Assembly: GCA_013239625.1 (NCBI GenBank)
Contig: MU054098.1
Span: 744,001 to 808,000, forward strand
Source: Lama guanicoe
Lineage: Eukaryota
Direction: 5' to 3'
Length of the DNA: 64,000 nucleotides
Position numbers and translations under genes: made by a program. The notes below the pieces were generated by a model. That model was not told the DNA's origin. It searched no databases and saw only the letters and a list, made by a program, of their open reading frames with translations. Every line of letters begins with the position of its first letter. Position 1 is the stretch's first letter. Positions 13,408-25,470 of the stretch are shown piece by piece.

Positions 13408-14210
13408 GTTCATTCAGTTATTCAGTCAATGAGTAGTAACTGTGCTGGGCACTGTGCTAGACGCTAAGAATATAATACTGAGCAAAAGCCAGTACAGCTC
13501 CTGATCTCACGGAGTTCACACCTAGTGAAGGACATAGTGATCCTCACCTAACCACAAACATAAGTGTGTAATTATGAACTGTGATAAGTGCTATGATGGA
13601 ACGGTGCACAGTGTTATCTCTGAGCGTATATAACAGAGAAAGCTGACCTAGTCTTGGGAGGTGGGGTGGGCAGGAAGGCTTCTCTGTTCCCAGAAGAAAT
13701 ATCTTTTAGGTTATGTTTTGAAGGCTTAATAGAAGCTCACTGGTGAGGTGTTAGGAGAGGCAGGAAATGCAAGGAAGTTTTCACAAAGAAGACAGAGCAT
13801 GATGTGTTCAAGGAACTGAAAGTAGACCGTGTAGTTGAAACATTCATAACGGGGGTGAAGGGAAAGGGTAAAATACGATGCTAAAGAGATTGAGAAGGGC
13901 CGGATCAGCTGGTCTCTTATAAACCATGAAAAAGATAACAGTATTTATTCTAAGAGCAATAAGAATTAGGAGAATGAATCTGGGAGTGCAAATGTGCAAT
14001 AGTTAGAAGGCTATTTCACTACTCAGACAAGAGATGATAGAAAGCCAATGTGGTATAATGACGGTAGAAATGGAGTGAAGATAATTAGGAGCGAAAGCTG
14101 ACAGCAGTTAGTGATGCATTTGGTTATGGGACATAAGGGACAGGGAGATGTTCAAGAATGACTGACAGTTTCTTGCCTAATCCAACTATCTAAATGACAG
14201 TGTCATTAGC
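13408..14210 (-). mobile_element. L2 LINE 3' fragment
   Basis: TTCATTCAG...TGTGCTGGGCACTGTGCTAGACGCTAAGAATATA...CCTGATCTCACGGAGTTCACACCTAGTG, continuing into purine-rich L2 body. Confidence 0.75.
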
Positions 14211-15339
14211 AATGGTGCTAAGAAACTTGCAGCACATTGAGAGTGTGTTCTCATATAATCAAAACCCTATGAAGTCAGTGGGGATACTCAATGGAATGGC
14301 AATTAATTATATACAGATTTTAGTGAACATACCACAAATATTTGATTTTCATATGTTCTTATTATCACTTTATTAGTTTGATATTAGTTTATTAGTATCT
14401 CTAAAAATACAAATAAAGATATTTAATTTTGAGAAAGCTAAATGAACAACCGTATTTAGATTTGCAAAGAGGGAATATTTCAGAAAGCAATTGTTAGCAA
14501 GTTCACATATGCAATGTACTACTTGCCTGGATCACATATTTAATTTTGGAGGAGGTAAACTAATTCTTAAATAAGAGTAAAATGCAATAGAAGCATGACT
14601 CAATACACAAATATTCATTTCACACAACAGGTAAGAACTTCTACTCCATTAAAATATTTATCCTTTATTTGAAAAATATGTGCTATCATTTAAATTAGAG
14701 CAATATGTATTAAAGTTAAGACTAATAAATATTTTTAAAGAGTGAAATAAAAAAGTCAACATTGCTTATGTCATAAACTCTTTCATCAAGATATCCTCTT
14801 ATATGACATGTATTAATTTACTTACTGCAGTTATTTAAGTCGTACCCATATTTTATATTTAAGGAGACAGGAATATTTTGAAAATGTATAATTTAAAAAT
14901 GTAAGCATATTTTTGAAAGGCATATGTTCAAAGACAGAAAACATATATTTGAAATTATTTTACTGTTATTATCTAGTATGAATGGACACGTAACTCTCCT
15001 TTGAAACTGGCTACTTACTGTCACTTCTTTTGAAAAGTTGAAATGGCTTACTTAGAAGGTGTGCATTCTAAGCTGTGTTGTCAGCTTTGATGGATTTTGG
15101 TGCAGTCTATGCAGAGTGAAAAATCTGTAGGGTATATCGTTTTTCCAGCTATGAATTGGCTCAATTAGATTATTAAAATGAATAAATATTTCTTCAAGTA
15201 CTTAGTTAATGCCATGTTTTGCTGTTCAACTGATTATTACAAAGAGCCACTTAAATTTGTGGAATATGAATAAAAGTAAAAACTGTAAGGAATGTGGAAT
15301 TATCTTATAAATGCTCAGGTTTTCCTGTGCTTTAAAATG

Positions 15340-15345
15340 TATATA

Positions 15346-15386
<41 letters not shown>
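15340..15386. repeat. (TA)n microsatellite with one interruption
   Basis: Directly visible. Confidence 0.95.
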
Positions 15387-18205
15387 TCATTTACTAAAAA
15401 GCATGTCTGATTGAGTACCTCTCTTCTAGAAGTGCCATCATTTTACCAGTACTAGTTCAATAGTTGTTATTGAGCTAATTATTGAATAAATTATTAAATA
15501 CATATAATGTGCAAGACACTATGTTCATTCCTGTAGGTGATATAAAAGGCATATACTCTGCACAAGGCACACTATATTCTGTCCCTTAACATTCAATTCT
15601 GTTCACCTTTCATGAGTTTTAATTAGGTATTATTTACTTTAACCAAATGAAGTGTTGAAGAGTACTAAAATATACTTATTTTATCAAATCCAAGAAATTC
15701 AACTATTTATGAATAAAGCAAATAACTGCAATACATTGCAAAGCGAAATAGCGGAATTGTTTTTCAATCTAAGTAATATCTGGTTTTGGTTATAGTCTAT
15801 TTAGGTTTCAATTAAAGTAATTCAACCAAGAGGAAAGAACTCTGCAATAATATTCAGTTATATATCAGAGGACTCATATTGAAAAAATTCTAAGTGAATT
15901 TGTGTTTATTTGTAGCAACACAAGGCCACATAAATAAAAGATAAAAGATAAAATCCTTAAATTGTTAATGTGTCAACAGAATAACAAATATAAATCATAT
16001 GATGACATTGTAGAGCCAATGTATGTATGCCGTTTCTTCATTACATTAGCCTTTTCTGTGGAGAAAGTTTGAATGCTGATAGGGTTTTACAGAAAAAAAA
16101 GATAATATTTACCTTTAATACTTACTTATATTACAAACCTTATCCAGCTCAGGAGGAGCACAGTTGTCCAACTGATCATTTTTCACAGGAGAGACTGAAT
16201 ACATTACCTAAATTATTACCTTGACTGTGACATATATATTTCACAGTAGCCTAGGTAGCATAAGTAGGGCTTTAGGGAAGGTATTACTAAATTTGAATGA
16301 CAGCTGAAGACAAATCAGGTCAACTGACTTATTTTTTAAGATCAGTTGAATCTTATATAGCTTAAAATAGCCACAGAAATCACCAGGTACCCAACGTTTT
16401 AAGAACTTGGAGGATATCATGTTGTGAATGTATACATATATGTTATACATTATATAACTCTTGGTACTCTTCTATATACAGTGAGAATTAATACATTTAA
16501 CAACATTAACAAAATTATTTACTGTAAATAACCAGTCTCTAACCTTTTCTATTAAGTAGGTTGTACATGTATTTTTCATGTCACTAACATGCCCTGATGA
16601 GGCCAGTCTTTCGGAGAAGTGAAGTAGGCAACAACTTTACATACCAATGTGATGAGATCTTGGGCATATTTCCTTTTTTAGCCCATCAAGAAATTCAATT
16701 TTTGGAGCCACACTTTCAATGTTAAAACATGCCTCTTTGGGTGTTATAGGAGTTTTTAGGTATTGCCACCCTAGGATGAATTTGTGTATCAAATCTTCTC
16801 CAATTAACAGCTGGGTAAAAGCAAGCTGTCAACAGGTGTGTGTACAAAGAGGGGTGCACAGGCCTGGGAGAAGAGCAAGGAGCAATTATCATGGAGACAG
16901 TACAGTAAGGATGGAACAGTGCTGAAAAGGAGATACTAAAAGTGAAATTGACTAACGTCACATTCTACTAAGGCTGACCCTGGTCTTTATTACCTTGGTC
17001 TTTACTTGGTGATAAGTCAAGGTTTAGAAGGCCATTGATTTATGTGAGATGGTCTTGTGTAAGCACAATCTGAAGCTTGAGAATGTAAACTTACCTGTGT
17101 GTCCACGTTAACCTATTTCACTCACGCAGTGAAAACATCTGCAGGCAAACTCAGATGCTGTGCACTCTCAGGACAGCTGCTAGGGCTTTTTAAAATTTTA
17201 CATTTTACACTTTTTAAATTTCATTTTTTCCTCTACGGAAAGTTGGCTTTCAATAACTTTTTCAATACATATTAAACGAAGGAAGTGAAGCCTTTGTCAT
17301 CATTGTAAATGCTGAGTCATTAAATAACAAAGCAAGACAATTTGATGTTTGCCATTCTGACTACTGGTACATTTTAATGCAGCCATTTTGATGCAACTGT
17401 CTTGATGTAAAATCACCATACTCTTCTTCCACTTTTTGATCATCAATAATGTATACAACAGACATTCCCAACTCTATTCCATCCCTAACCTCTCTCCAAT
17501 TTTGATAGAGTTTCACTCTCTACTTTATTTTTGTATTATTGAATTTCATTTAAATAATGAGTATATATTAATTTTCTAGTAAAAGAGTGTTAAAATTTTA
17601 CTGTCAAAGTGAGTTAACCTCTACCATCATATCAGTTCTTCCTCCAAAATTATTATTCTAAAAACCCTTTGTGGTATTAAATATATGTATATGACTCTGA
17701 GAAAAAACAAATTTAATTGAGAATCCCCTGTGCAGTCTGGAGCTTAAAATAAGAAATCAAATATTGACCACCCTTTCTTAACTTGTAATATATTTACCCA
17801 AATAATCAGGCTCAGGAAACCTTATAGAATGCAGAGTTGTCCATTCTCCAGAGCAGTGTTTTTTAGCATTTATAACTTGACACCCCCTTTTGATAAATAA
17901 AGTTCACAGTATTCCCTCCTACTTCTCTTCAGATTTTTAGATCGATCCATCAAAGGTATTTTTAAGAGCTTTGTTTTCTAAAATTTATAATAGGAAAATA
18001 ATAGCTGGATTTCCTAAGACCCAATCTTGGCTGTAAGAGTTTGTTTCTTAAGGAGAAAATGGAACATTCATATTTTGTCTTCACTAATCTAATTGTGCTT
18101 ATGCTATCTTATTTTCTATGTATTTAATATAAAGTCAGGTGGTGATCTACACTTTGGCAGGTGTGTCTGTTCAATACATTATTTGGTAATAAGATAGACT
18201 GAACC

Positions 18206-18310
18206 CTTTTCTGATTGAAGTATAGTAGATCTACAATGTTGTGTTAGTCTCTGGTGTACAGCATGGTGATTCAGTTACACATATACGCATATATATATAT
18301 TCTTTTTCAC
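18206..18310 (-). mobile_element. L1 extreme 3' end (artiodactyl-type), about 200 bp into intron 2
   Basis: ATTGAAGTATAGTAGATCTACAATGTTGTGTTAGTCTCTGGTGTACAGCATGGTGATTCAGTTACACATATA; same family as the end at ~59020. Confidence 0.75.
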
Positions 18311-18512
18311 TTGAGATTTTTTTTTTATGTTGCATTAAAATGTCATTTACCAATTAAATAATATTCTTCAGATATGGTAAGTCAGTAATGGCAAATATTT
18401 TACTAGTTCAGAGGTAGGTCTAAATTAGCTAAATAATAGGAATCACATAAATATAATGGTTGAATATTATTGCAAAATAAGAGTCCTAGAGCATGTTTAT
18501 GGATATACTTAC

Positions 18513-18574
18513 AATTATTTTTGAAGGACAGTGATGGTTGGCCTACAGATGCTCATGGATATTGGCTGATAACC
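18513..18574 (-). other. HTR2C: HTR2C exon 2 (62 nt, 5'UTR, non-coding)
   Basis: Minus strand tttgtttttag|GGTTATCAGCCAATATCCATGAGCATCTGTAGGCCAACCATCACTGTCCTTCAAAAATAATT|gtaagt. It resembles the recalled human exon 2 (GGTTATCAGCTAACACC...CCTTCAAAAACAACT) and has a canonical acceptor and donor. Confidence 0.92.
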
Positions 18575-19176
18575 CTAAAAACAAACATTTAGAAAAATGC
18601 GATGAGAACTCTGTAAGTAAGGAAACTATACTATTCACATATAAAGCATAACCGAAAAGTAATGAGGCTGATATCCATAAGTGCCAGAATAAAGACAGTC
18701 TTATTTAAATAAAATGAATTTTTTAGAAAAACAAACATTAGTGTAGCAGGTATATCAGTGTCAGTCCTTCAGTTAAAGGAGAAATGAAAGATCAGTTAAA
18801 TATTATAAATGAATCAGCAAAATTTCAAGTCAAATATTAAGTTAAAACATAATTTCACATAAAATAATTACAGACCAGGAGTAGTTAAATGCTATTTTAC
18901 CCATAAAACAATACTAGAAGCTGGAAGGAGAAATAACATTTGAAAAATCACCATTTCAATATCAATTATTTTAAAAGTGTCAATTGATAGTATTTATTTT
19001 GGGATGTGGAAACAAAATTAAAACAAATATTAGCTGGCTACATTTTTGCAGTAGGACAAATAAATCTGGTGTAGCAACATTAATATTTAATATGTTTTAA
19101 GCATAAAAAGTTTCCCAAAGTACAAAAAACATGACCCAAAACTTTTAAATACAGAGATTTTCTTAAAATATAAGGC

Positions 19177-19687
19177 TGTGGGAACCCACTAAGAACCCCA
19201 CAGTTGGTATAAAAATTATTTTAAGTTGAAGACATTTTGAGACTCAACAGATGCGAAAAAATGCTACCTTGGAGCTTCCCTTATCTGAGTAAAAGCAGCA
19301 ACTTCTGGGAAATGAGGCCACCATAAATCCCCTCTCCAGGGAAGTTTTATGGTTCTGAAGATGGAAAGACCATTCATACCTGTATAGCAAACATTATCAC
19401 AATTTTATCTCCTGTCTGTTCTCTTAAAAACCCATTTGTCTTTCCTAAAGAAACCTATTTGTTTTTCCCATAGAAGCTGTTCCTTATCCTTCCTTTTTCC
19501 CTACTAAATTAGGTACATACATATGCCTTTAACTTGAACAATTAAACAAACCAGCTGCTTTCTTTTGTTGCTCCCATTTGCATATAAAATACACATTTTA
19601 CTCCTTTGAATCTCTCTTTTGTCAGTTTAATTTGTAGGCCTGTTATTGAACCCAAGAGGGTAGAGAAAAAATATTTTCTCCCCTGCA
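19177..19687 (+). mobile_element. Solo LTR, ERV1 class (MER34/MER39-like)
   Basis: TG...CA termini, about 510 bp, near-TSD aggc/aagc, and family-like segments TTGGTATAAAAATTATTTTAAGTTGAAGACA and GAACCCAAGAGGGTAGAG...TTTTCTCCCCTGCA. Confidence 0.7.
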
Positions 19688-20510
19688 AAGCTAAATTTTC
19701 CACTGAGCCAAATAAGTAAAATGGAGTAATGTAAAGACCATTAGAGTGATGAGAAATACATAATTATCATATTATTTGAATATATTAAGATATTTATTAG
19801 CTCATAAACATCAATACTAGTTAGCATATTTGAAGCATAGCATACAATTTTAATGTGATAAATTTTAAAGCCACACTTTAAATAATTTAATGTAACTACC
19901 CCTTTAATCATCCAAGATACAATGGACTATACAACAAATTGTTATATTTTTCATTCCTTATGACAGTAAGTTGAAAAACAGTTCTGAATTCAAATTAGTG
20001 AAAAACAACTTGGATAAAAGCTTTCTTACTTTTCACCTAAATTTCAGAAAATACATTTAACGTTATAAAGTTGAATCAGCATTTTTTATCTCTTTTACAG
20101 CTCCAAATAACAGAAATATTTATCGAAATAAATATATGAGAACACACGATTACATTAAACCTCTATTTAATGAAATGATAGGAACCCTATAGTTTACAAG
20201 AACAATTTCTTGGTGAGAAAGAATGTAAAACTGGTTCTACCTACCATGTTTCAAGAAGCAGAGGTACAAAGTTAATAGCAATCTTGGAGCATTGATGAGA
20301 CTCAGTGCTTGGTGAGGAAACTGGTCACCAAGTTATAAGTCTACACAGTAAGAATTATACATAGCACTTCAGTAAAGCATAAAACCTTTTAATAATGTTT
20401 GACCTGCTCTACCTGCTGTAGCTCCCACTTAATTTTACCTACCTTTACAAGTACCCTTGCAGGGAATAAAACGTTTGTGGTCAGACAGAGAACTGCTGCC
20501 AATGGAATTA

Positions 20511-20543
20511 CAGCCCCCTAGTGGTTAACTGTGACTATTGCAG
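20511..20543 (-). promoter_or_regulatory. Candidate CTCF binding site (core plus upstream motif)
   Basis: Minus strand TGCAATAGT-cacagt-TAACCACTAGGGGGCTG: core CCACTAGGGGGC plus a TGCAATA-type upstream motif at a 6-nt spacer. Confidence 0.65.
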
Positions 20544-21737
20544 TCAGAACAACGTGAGCTATGATTGTGATTATGCCATTTATTCATGAAGGATTTATAT
20601 ATTGCAAGTTCTCGCCCCTCCTTCCCTTGGGGAAAGATTGAGATGTCTTCTAATGAAACATTTCTGCTTCTTCATTAAAAAAAAACGATCTGATAGCTAA
20701 AGAAATTCCTTCAAGAGCTATCAAATGAAAATATGTTTTTGGATGTTTCTAATGTTTTAGTGTACATTTGTAAAATTTTAATTCGTTTTGAAAAGTCTGG
20801 AATACCCCAGGTGAAATTAAATTTTTCTCAATTTCTTTCTCTCTCTCTAGCCCTACTTGCTTTGCCCCTCCCCCACGACCGTGACATCCTTTATATTAAT
20901 GTTTTCCATCTATCATATATTAATGTTTTCCATCTATCATACACTCTTCTTTCCTTGTCTTTTTCTCTCAGCTATATACACATAAACTTGAAGTATATTT
21001 TACTATCAACGTTCTATCATTTCAAGTTTCAATCCATTTTACTGAATGGTTACTTTTTTAAATTCCTCCATGACATTAACAGATTTTTCTCCTTCACAGG
21101 CTAGTGATTCTAGATAGAAAAGAAAGCTGCCCCCGACCACAACTTCACTCTACATATCAGTCCAAACACTATAAAATTCCCTCCTAGAAAAATAGTGCAT
21201 AGGGTATTTTTGAATTTCATATGTTCAATCTTATTACCTCTGAGGCTGTTTATAACTGATTTATAAAGTGACATTAAGAGTAATTTTGTGATTATTTAAG
21301 ACAGACTTTATCATACTTTTCCTACAAAAAGTATTGTTATTTTGCTTTCAGCTTACCCTGAAAAGGGATATTATAAAACAGTAGTTTCAATTCAGAATTG
21401 TGTTTTAAAAGTTATAAGAACTTTGTGAAGATTTAATGGATAAGTTTGCTGATTTATTTTTCCTTAGTTGGAATGGGGAAAAAGTAGGCATTTAGAGTGG
21501 AATGTCTACCATAGAAATGCCTATCTTAATGCGGCTAAGAGTCATCATTAAAATGCCAGTACTCAATCCTGAGCAGGGTGAGTAAATGCTATCATTACAA
21601 AAGAGCTGAATGTGCTTCTTTGGAATGACATGGACAGTCCATATTTAAAAAGAAGGGATCATCGTTCATTCAGGATTAAAACACGGTCACATTCTAAACA
21701 AAAGATACTCTACTGCTCACCTTGACATTAAAAAAAA

Positions 21738-21985
21738 ACTACTTTAATGAAGAATAATCTACATATAATCAAATGTACATATTTAAAATGTAGAGTTTGA
21801 TCAGTTTTGATAAAGATACACAGACCCGTGTAATCACCATGCCAATTAAGATATAGAATGCTTCCATCCTCCTGCTCCTTTGTGGTCATCCCCAGCCCCT
21901 AATTCCAGGCAACCACTTTCTAACTACTATCACTATAGATTATTTTTGCCAGTTCTAGAAATTTAGATAAATTGAACCATCAGTA
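21738..21985 (-). mobile_element. Old L1M 3' UTR fragment
   Basis: ACTTTAATGAAGAATAATCTACATATAATCAAATGTACATATTTAAAATGTAGAGTTTGATCAGTTTTGA...CCAGGCAACCACT. Confidence 0.7.
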
Positions 21986-23239
21986 TCCTCTTCTCCTTTT
22001 CTATTTCTTCTACTTTTTGCTCAAAACATTTTTTCTCTTTCACTGAGTCTTATTTATACACTATTTAAAGCAAACATATCCTCTTGCCTTATCCTGTTGA
22101 TTTATTCATTTAAATTTTCTTAACTTTCTCTTCAAACTACCGTGGATTCTTTACTATCTCAGTCTTTGTCTAACACAATAAACTTACCGTGTCATGTCAA
22201 AGAGAGCAATGAAGTGGACTGTTAGAACAATGAATCAGAAGTCCAACAGAACATGGCAAACCAAAGGGGCAATTACAAAAGGCAAACCCACTGGAGAAAA
22301 CTTTCAAATACAAAGTGATGCATTTTCCATTACATCCTATATTTAGTACAATGCAGATAACAAAAACAGTTATTTTCTAGTGTGTATAGAGCACACATAC
22401 TGAAAAAAGATAAAACATGTATTTGGGGATGTAAATGGGATTTTTCATACAAATTTAAATAAAATAGGCATCATGAGATTGTTTTAATGGGGGGCATATT
22501 AAATAGTACATATCATATTTTGCCTGGAATGCCTTAGTTTTTGTATTCAGGTTTTACATACTTTAAAAAAATTTTGATGTTGGCAGCTAAAACATATGCT
22601 AATTGAAAGTTCCTACTAATGTGTTATGCTACATCACTATTGTAAAAGAATAATGCAAATCCAATAAGGAGAGGCAGTTTTTCTTTATAAAAATCTTCTG
22701 AATAGGTGTGATTTTAAGGAAATATGTTCCATATTAGAGATTTAGAAAAAAAAAACAGATGGCAAGCTTGAATCAACTGATTCTTATGGCATTCAACTGC
22801 AAATAGCATATATACAAATTTTGTTCTGATGTAAAAGGTGCATTTCTGGAAAGGATGTTTGGCAAGTGTTATTTGGATAGAATGGGAAAACCGAAAGAAA
22901 TGGACTAGAAGTTTAACTTTCAAATTTGAAACTTAGATTTCCTAATCAATTGCTTTTGAACAGGGAATTACTTTGAGGATGCCTCCTTTTTATTGATTGT
23001 GCAAGACTACAATAAAATTGAGTAACAAAAATAAGCATAAAAGAAGCTCAGATACAAAATTTTATTACAATCAAAAGTGTGAAACAATTAAAGATTTAAC
23101 CAGAGAAGTCAAGACCCTATTGCCTGGTTCTAACTGCAAATTTTCTTTTATTTTATTTACCAGCTTCTCTTAGTATAAAACAACCTCTCTGACATTCCCA
23201 GTATGTACATATGTTAAAAGTTTGTAAGTTTTCAGAATA

Positions 23240-23478
23240 AGAAAATCTATAGTGACAGAAAGGATTTCCAGTTGCCTCGAGCTGTGGGGAGAGAGGAGAA
23301 GCCAGGGGAGTCGTGAGTGACTGCTATGTATAGGGTTTCTTTGGGGTATGATGAAAATATTTTACATTGTAGTGATGGTTGTACAACTTTGTGAGTATCC
23401 TAAAATCCGTCGAGTTGTGTACTTTAAAATGGGTGGACTGTAGAGCATGTGAATGATCTCTCAATGAATTAAAAAAAA
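23240..23478 (+). mobile_element. L1MB-like 3' end
   Basis: GGGTTTCTTTGGGGTATGATGAAAATATT...GTGATGGTTGTACAACTTTGTGAGTATCCTAAAA...TCTCAAT plus A-tail. Confidence 0.75.
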
Positions 23479-24524
23479 TTTGGGGGGTTAAGTTCACTAC
23501 TTCAAATGAAAAAATCAGATCTTAAAGTAACTTTGAAAGATATACTGAGTGTATTGCTTAAAAATCTATTGGGGAATACATTAATTTCACATAATAATAG
23601 TATAAACATTTATACATCTAAGAATCATAAAAAGGCTTTAACTTAAAAATAATTTTAATATGAGAAGCTCTCCATGTGTAAACAAAATGTGTCATTTTGT
23701 AGTGATGTAGAAGCTGGGACAGGACATTAAAAAAAAAACCTAAAACTACGACAAACATGGCGAGACAACTAAGGCATTACAAAGGCTTTTATTTAATTGA
23801 ATAAGATACATTCAAAGGTCAATTTTTTTCTGGCCTATTTCTCGCATCAGCAAATATTTAGTGTTTATATATAATGAGAATGATGTGAACTTTTCTATTT
23901 GAGATGACTCTTTGATCATTGATCTTAATACCAAGCTATACATTCCAGTTACTTCCCTGATGAGGAAAATGTCAAGTCTCTAAGCATTCAATAAATAGCC
24001 AAGTGGAAGAAATGCAATAAATTCTTTATTATGGCCAAAAATTGTGTTTGATTTTAGCTTCCCTAAGCACTTTGATATTCATTAAAGGTTATTTTATTAA
24101 AGGTTTATTAAAGGTTATTTATTCTCTTTTTGTTTAAATTGAACCAGCATATATACAACTGGTGATTTTAATTTAAAAAGAAATTTAAGCTAATGAATTT
24201 AGAATTGAGTTAGAAACTAGTGATAGATTCTGAATACTCTATAGGCTTTAGCTCTGAATAGTATTTGGAAACTGATTCTTAAAATATTTTTAGGTAGCAG
24301 GTAGATTTATTTAGTATGCCTTATTTTTATTAAAAACCATCTAGTTATAATATTTACCCAACTTGAAGTGACAAACTTCACTGTAAAAATTACAAAACTC
24401 AATACAAAATATATAATCAATCTGAAGTTATATACCAGAAGAAAACATTTTAAAATTATAGGAAGACATAAAATGGAGCTTTAAAATTTGATGTTAATAT
24501 GATTTGCATTTAAAACACAAGTGT

Positions 24525-24655
24525 GGGGGTGGGGTGCGGAGGGTATAGTGCGTGCTTAGCATACACGAGGTCCTGGGTTCAATCTTCAGTACAACCATAA
24601 ATAAATAAGTAAATAAATTAACTTAATTACCTCCCCTCTTTCCAAAAATATAAAT
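24525..24655 (+). mobile_element. tRNA-derived SINE, camelid vic-1-like (deletion in A-box region)
   Basis: GGAGGGTATAG-TGCGTGCTTAGCATACACGAGGTCCTGGGTTCAATC...ATAAATAAGTAAATAAATTAACTTAATTACCTCCCC tail; degenerate TSD aaacacaagtg/aaatgcaggtg. Confidence 0.8.
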
Positions 24656-25067
24656 GAAATGCAGGTGCCATGTTTAGATTAGTTTGTTAATTATGAAAAT
24701 ATATAACTAATTATATGAAAATAGAGTCATTTATTATGTTATGAAAGGAAGAATGGAATTTCAAGATATGTGTAGTCAAAATGCTTCTTATGTTATTATG
24801 ACTGACTTTTTTCCCTAGTAAATGTGATTTTGGGTAGCTAAAGGTGAATCTGTCTTGTGTATTTTTTCACTCTTTTTTGAGAGTTTATTATGTGATAGAT
24901 TCTTCGTATCTATTATACATTATATATCCTTGGATCAATCCTCCAAGGCACAAATTATTATCTTCATTTTTAAGATAAGAGAGCTTAGATCCTAAAACAT
25001 ATTTAAACTGCTCTTTAAAACTGTCCCCCAAACTACTCTTAAAGCACTTGCTTACTATATAGCAGAG

Positions 25068-25470
25068 TTGCAGACATAGTAAACAATCTCATGGTTACTG
25101 GGGGAACGGGGATGGGAAGAGATAAATTTGGGAGTTTGAGATTTGCAGATGTTAACCACTATATATAAAAACAGATAAAGAACAAATTTCTTCTGTATAG
25201 CACAGGGAACTATATTCAATATCTTGTAATAGCCTTTAATGAAAAAGAATATGAAAACAATTACATGTATGTATATGCATGACTGGGACATAGTACTGTA
25301 CACCAGAAATTGACACATTGTAACTGACTGTACTTCAATTAAAAAAAAGAAAAGAAAAAAAAGAAAATGAATATATGTATGTATATGCATGACTAGGACA
25401 TTATGCTATACACCCGAAACTGACACATTGTAACTGACTATACTTCAATTTTAAAAAAGTTTTAAAAAAG
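25068..25470 (+). mobile_element. Lineage-type L1 3' end followed by a second, shorter copy of the same terminus
   Basis: GTATAGCACAGGGAACTATATTCAATATCTTGTAATA...GACACATTGTAACTGACTGTACTTCAATT-polyA; the terminal ~90 bp recurs at ~25368-25460. Confidence 0.8.
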
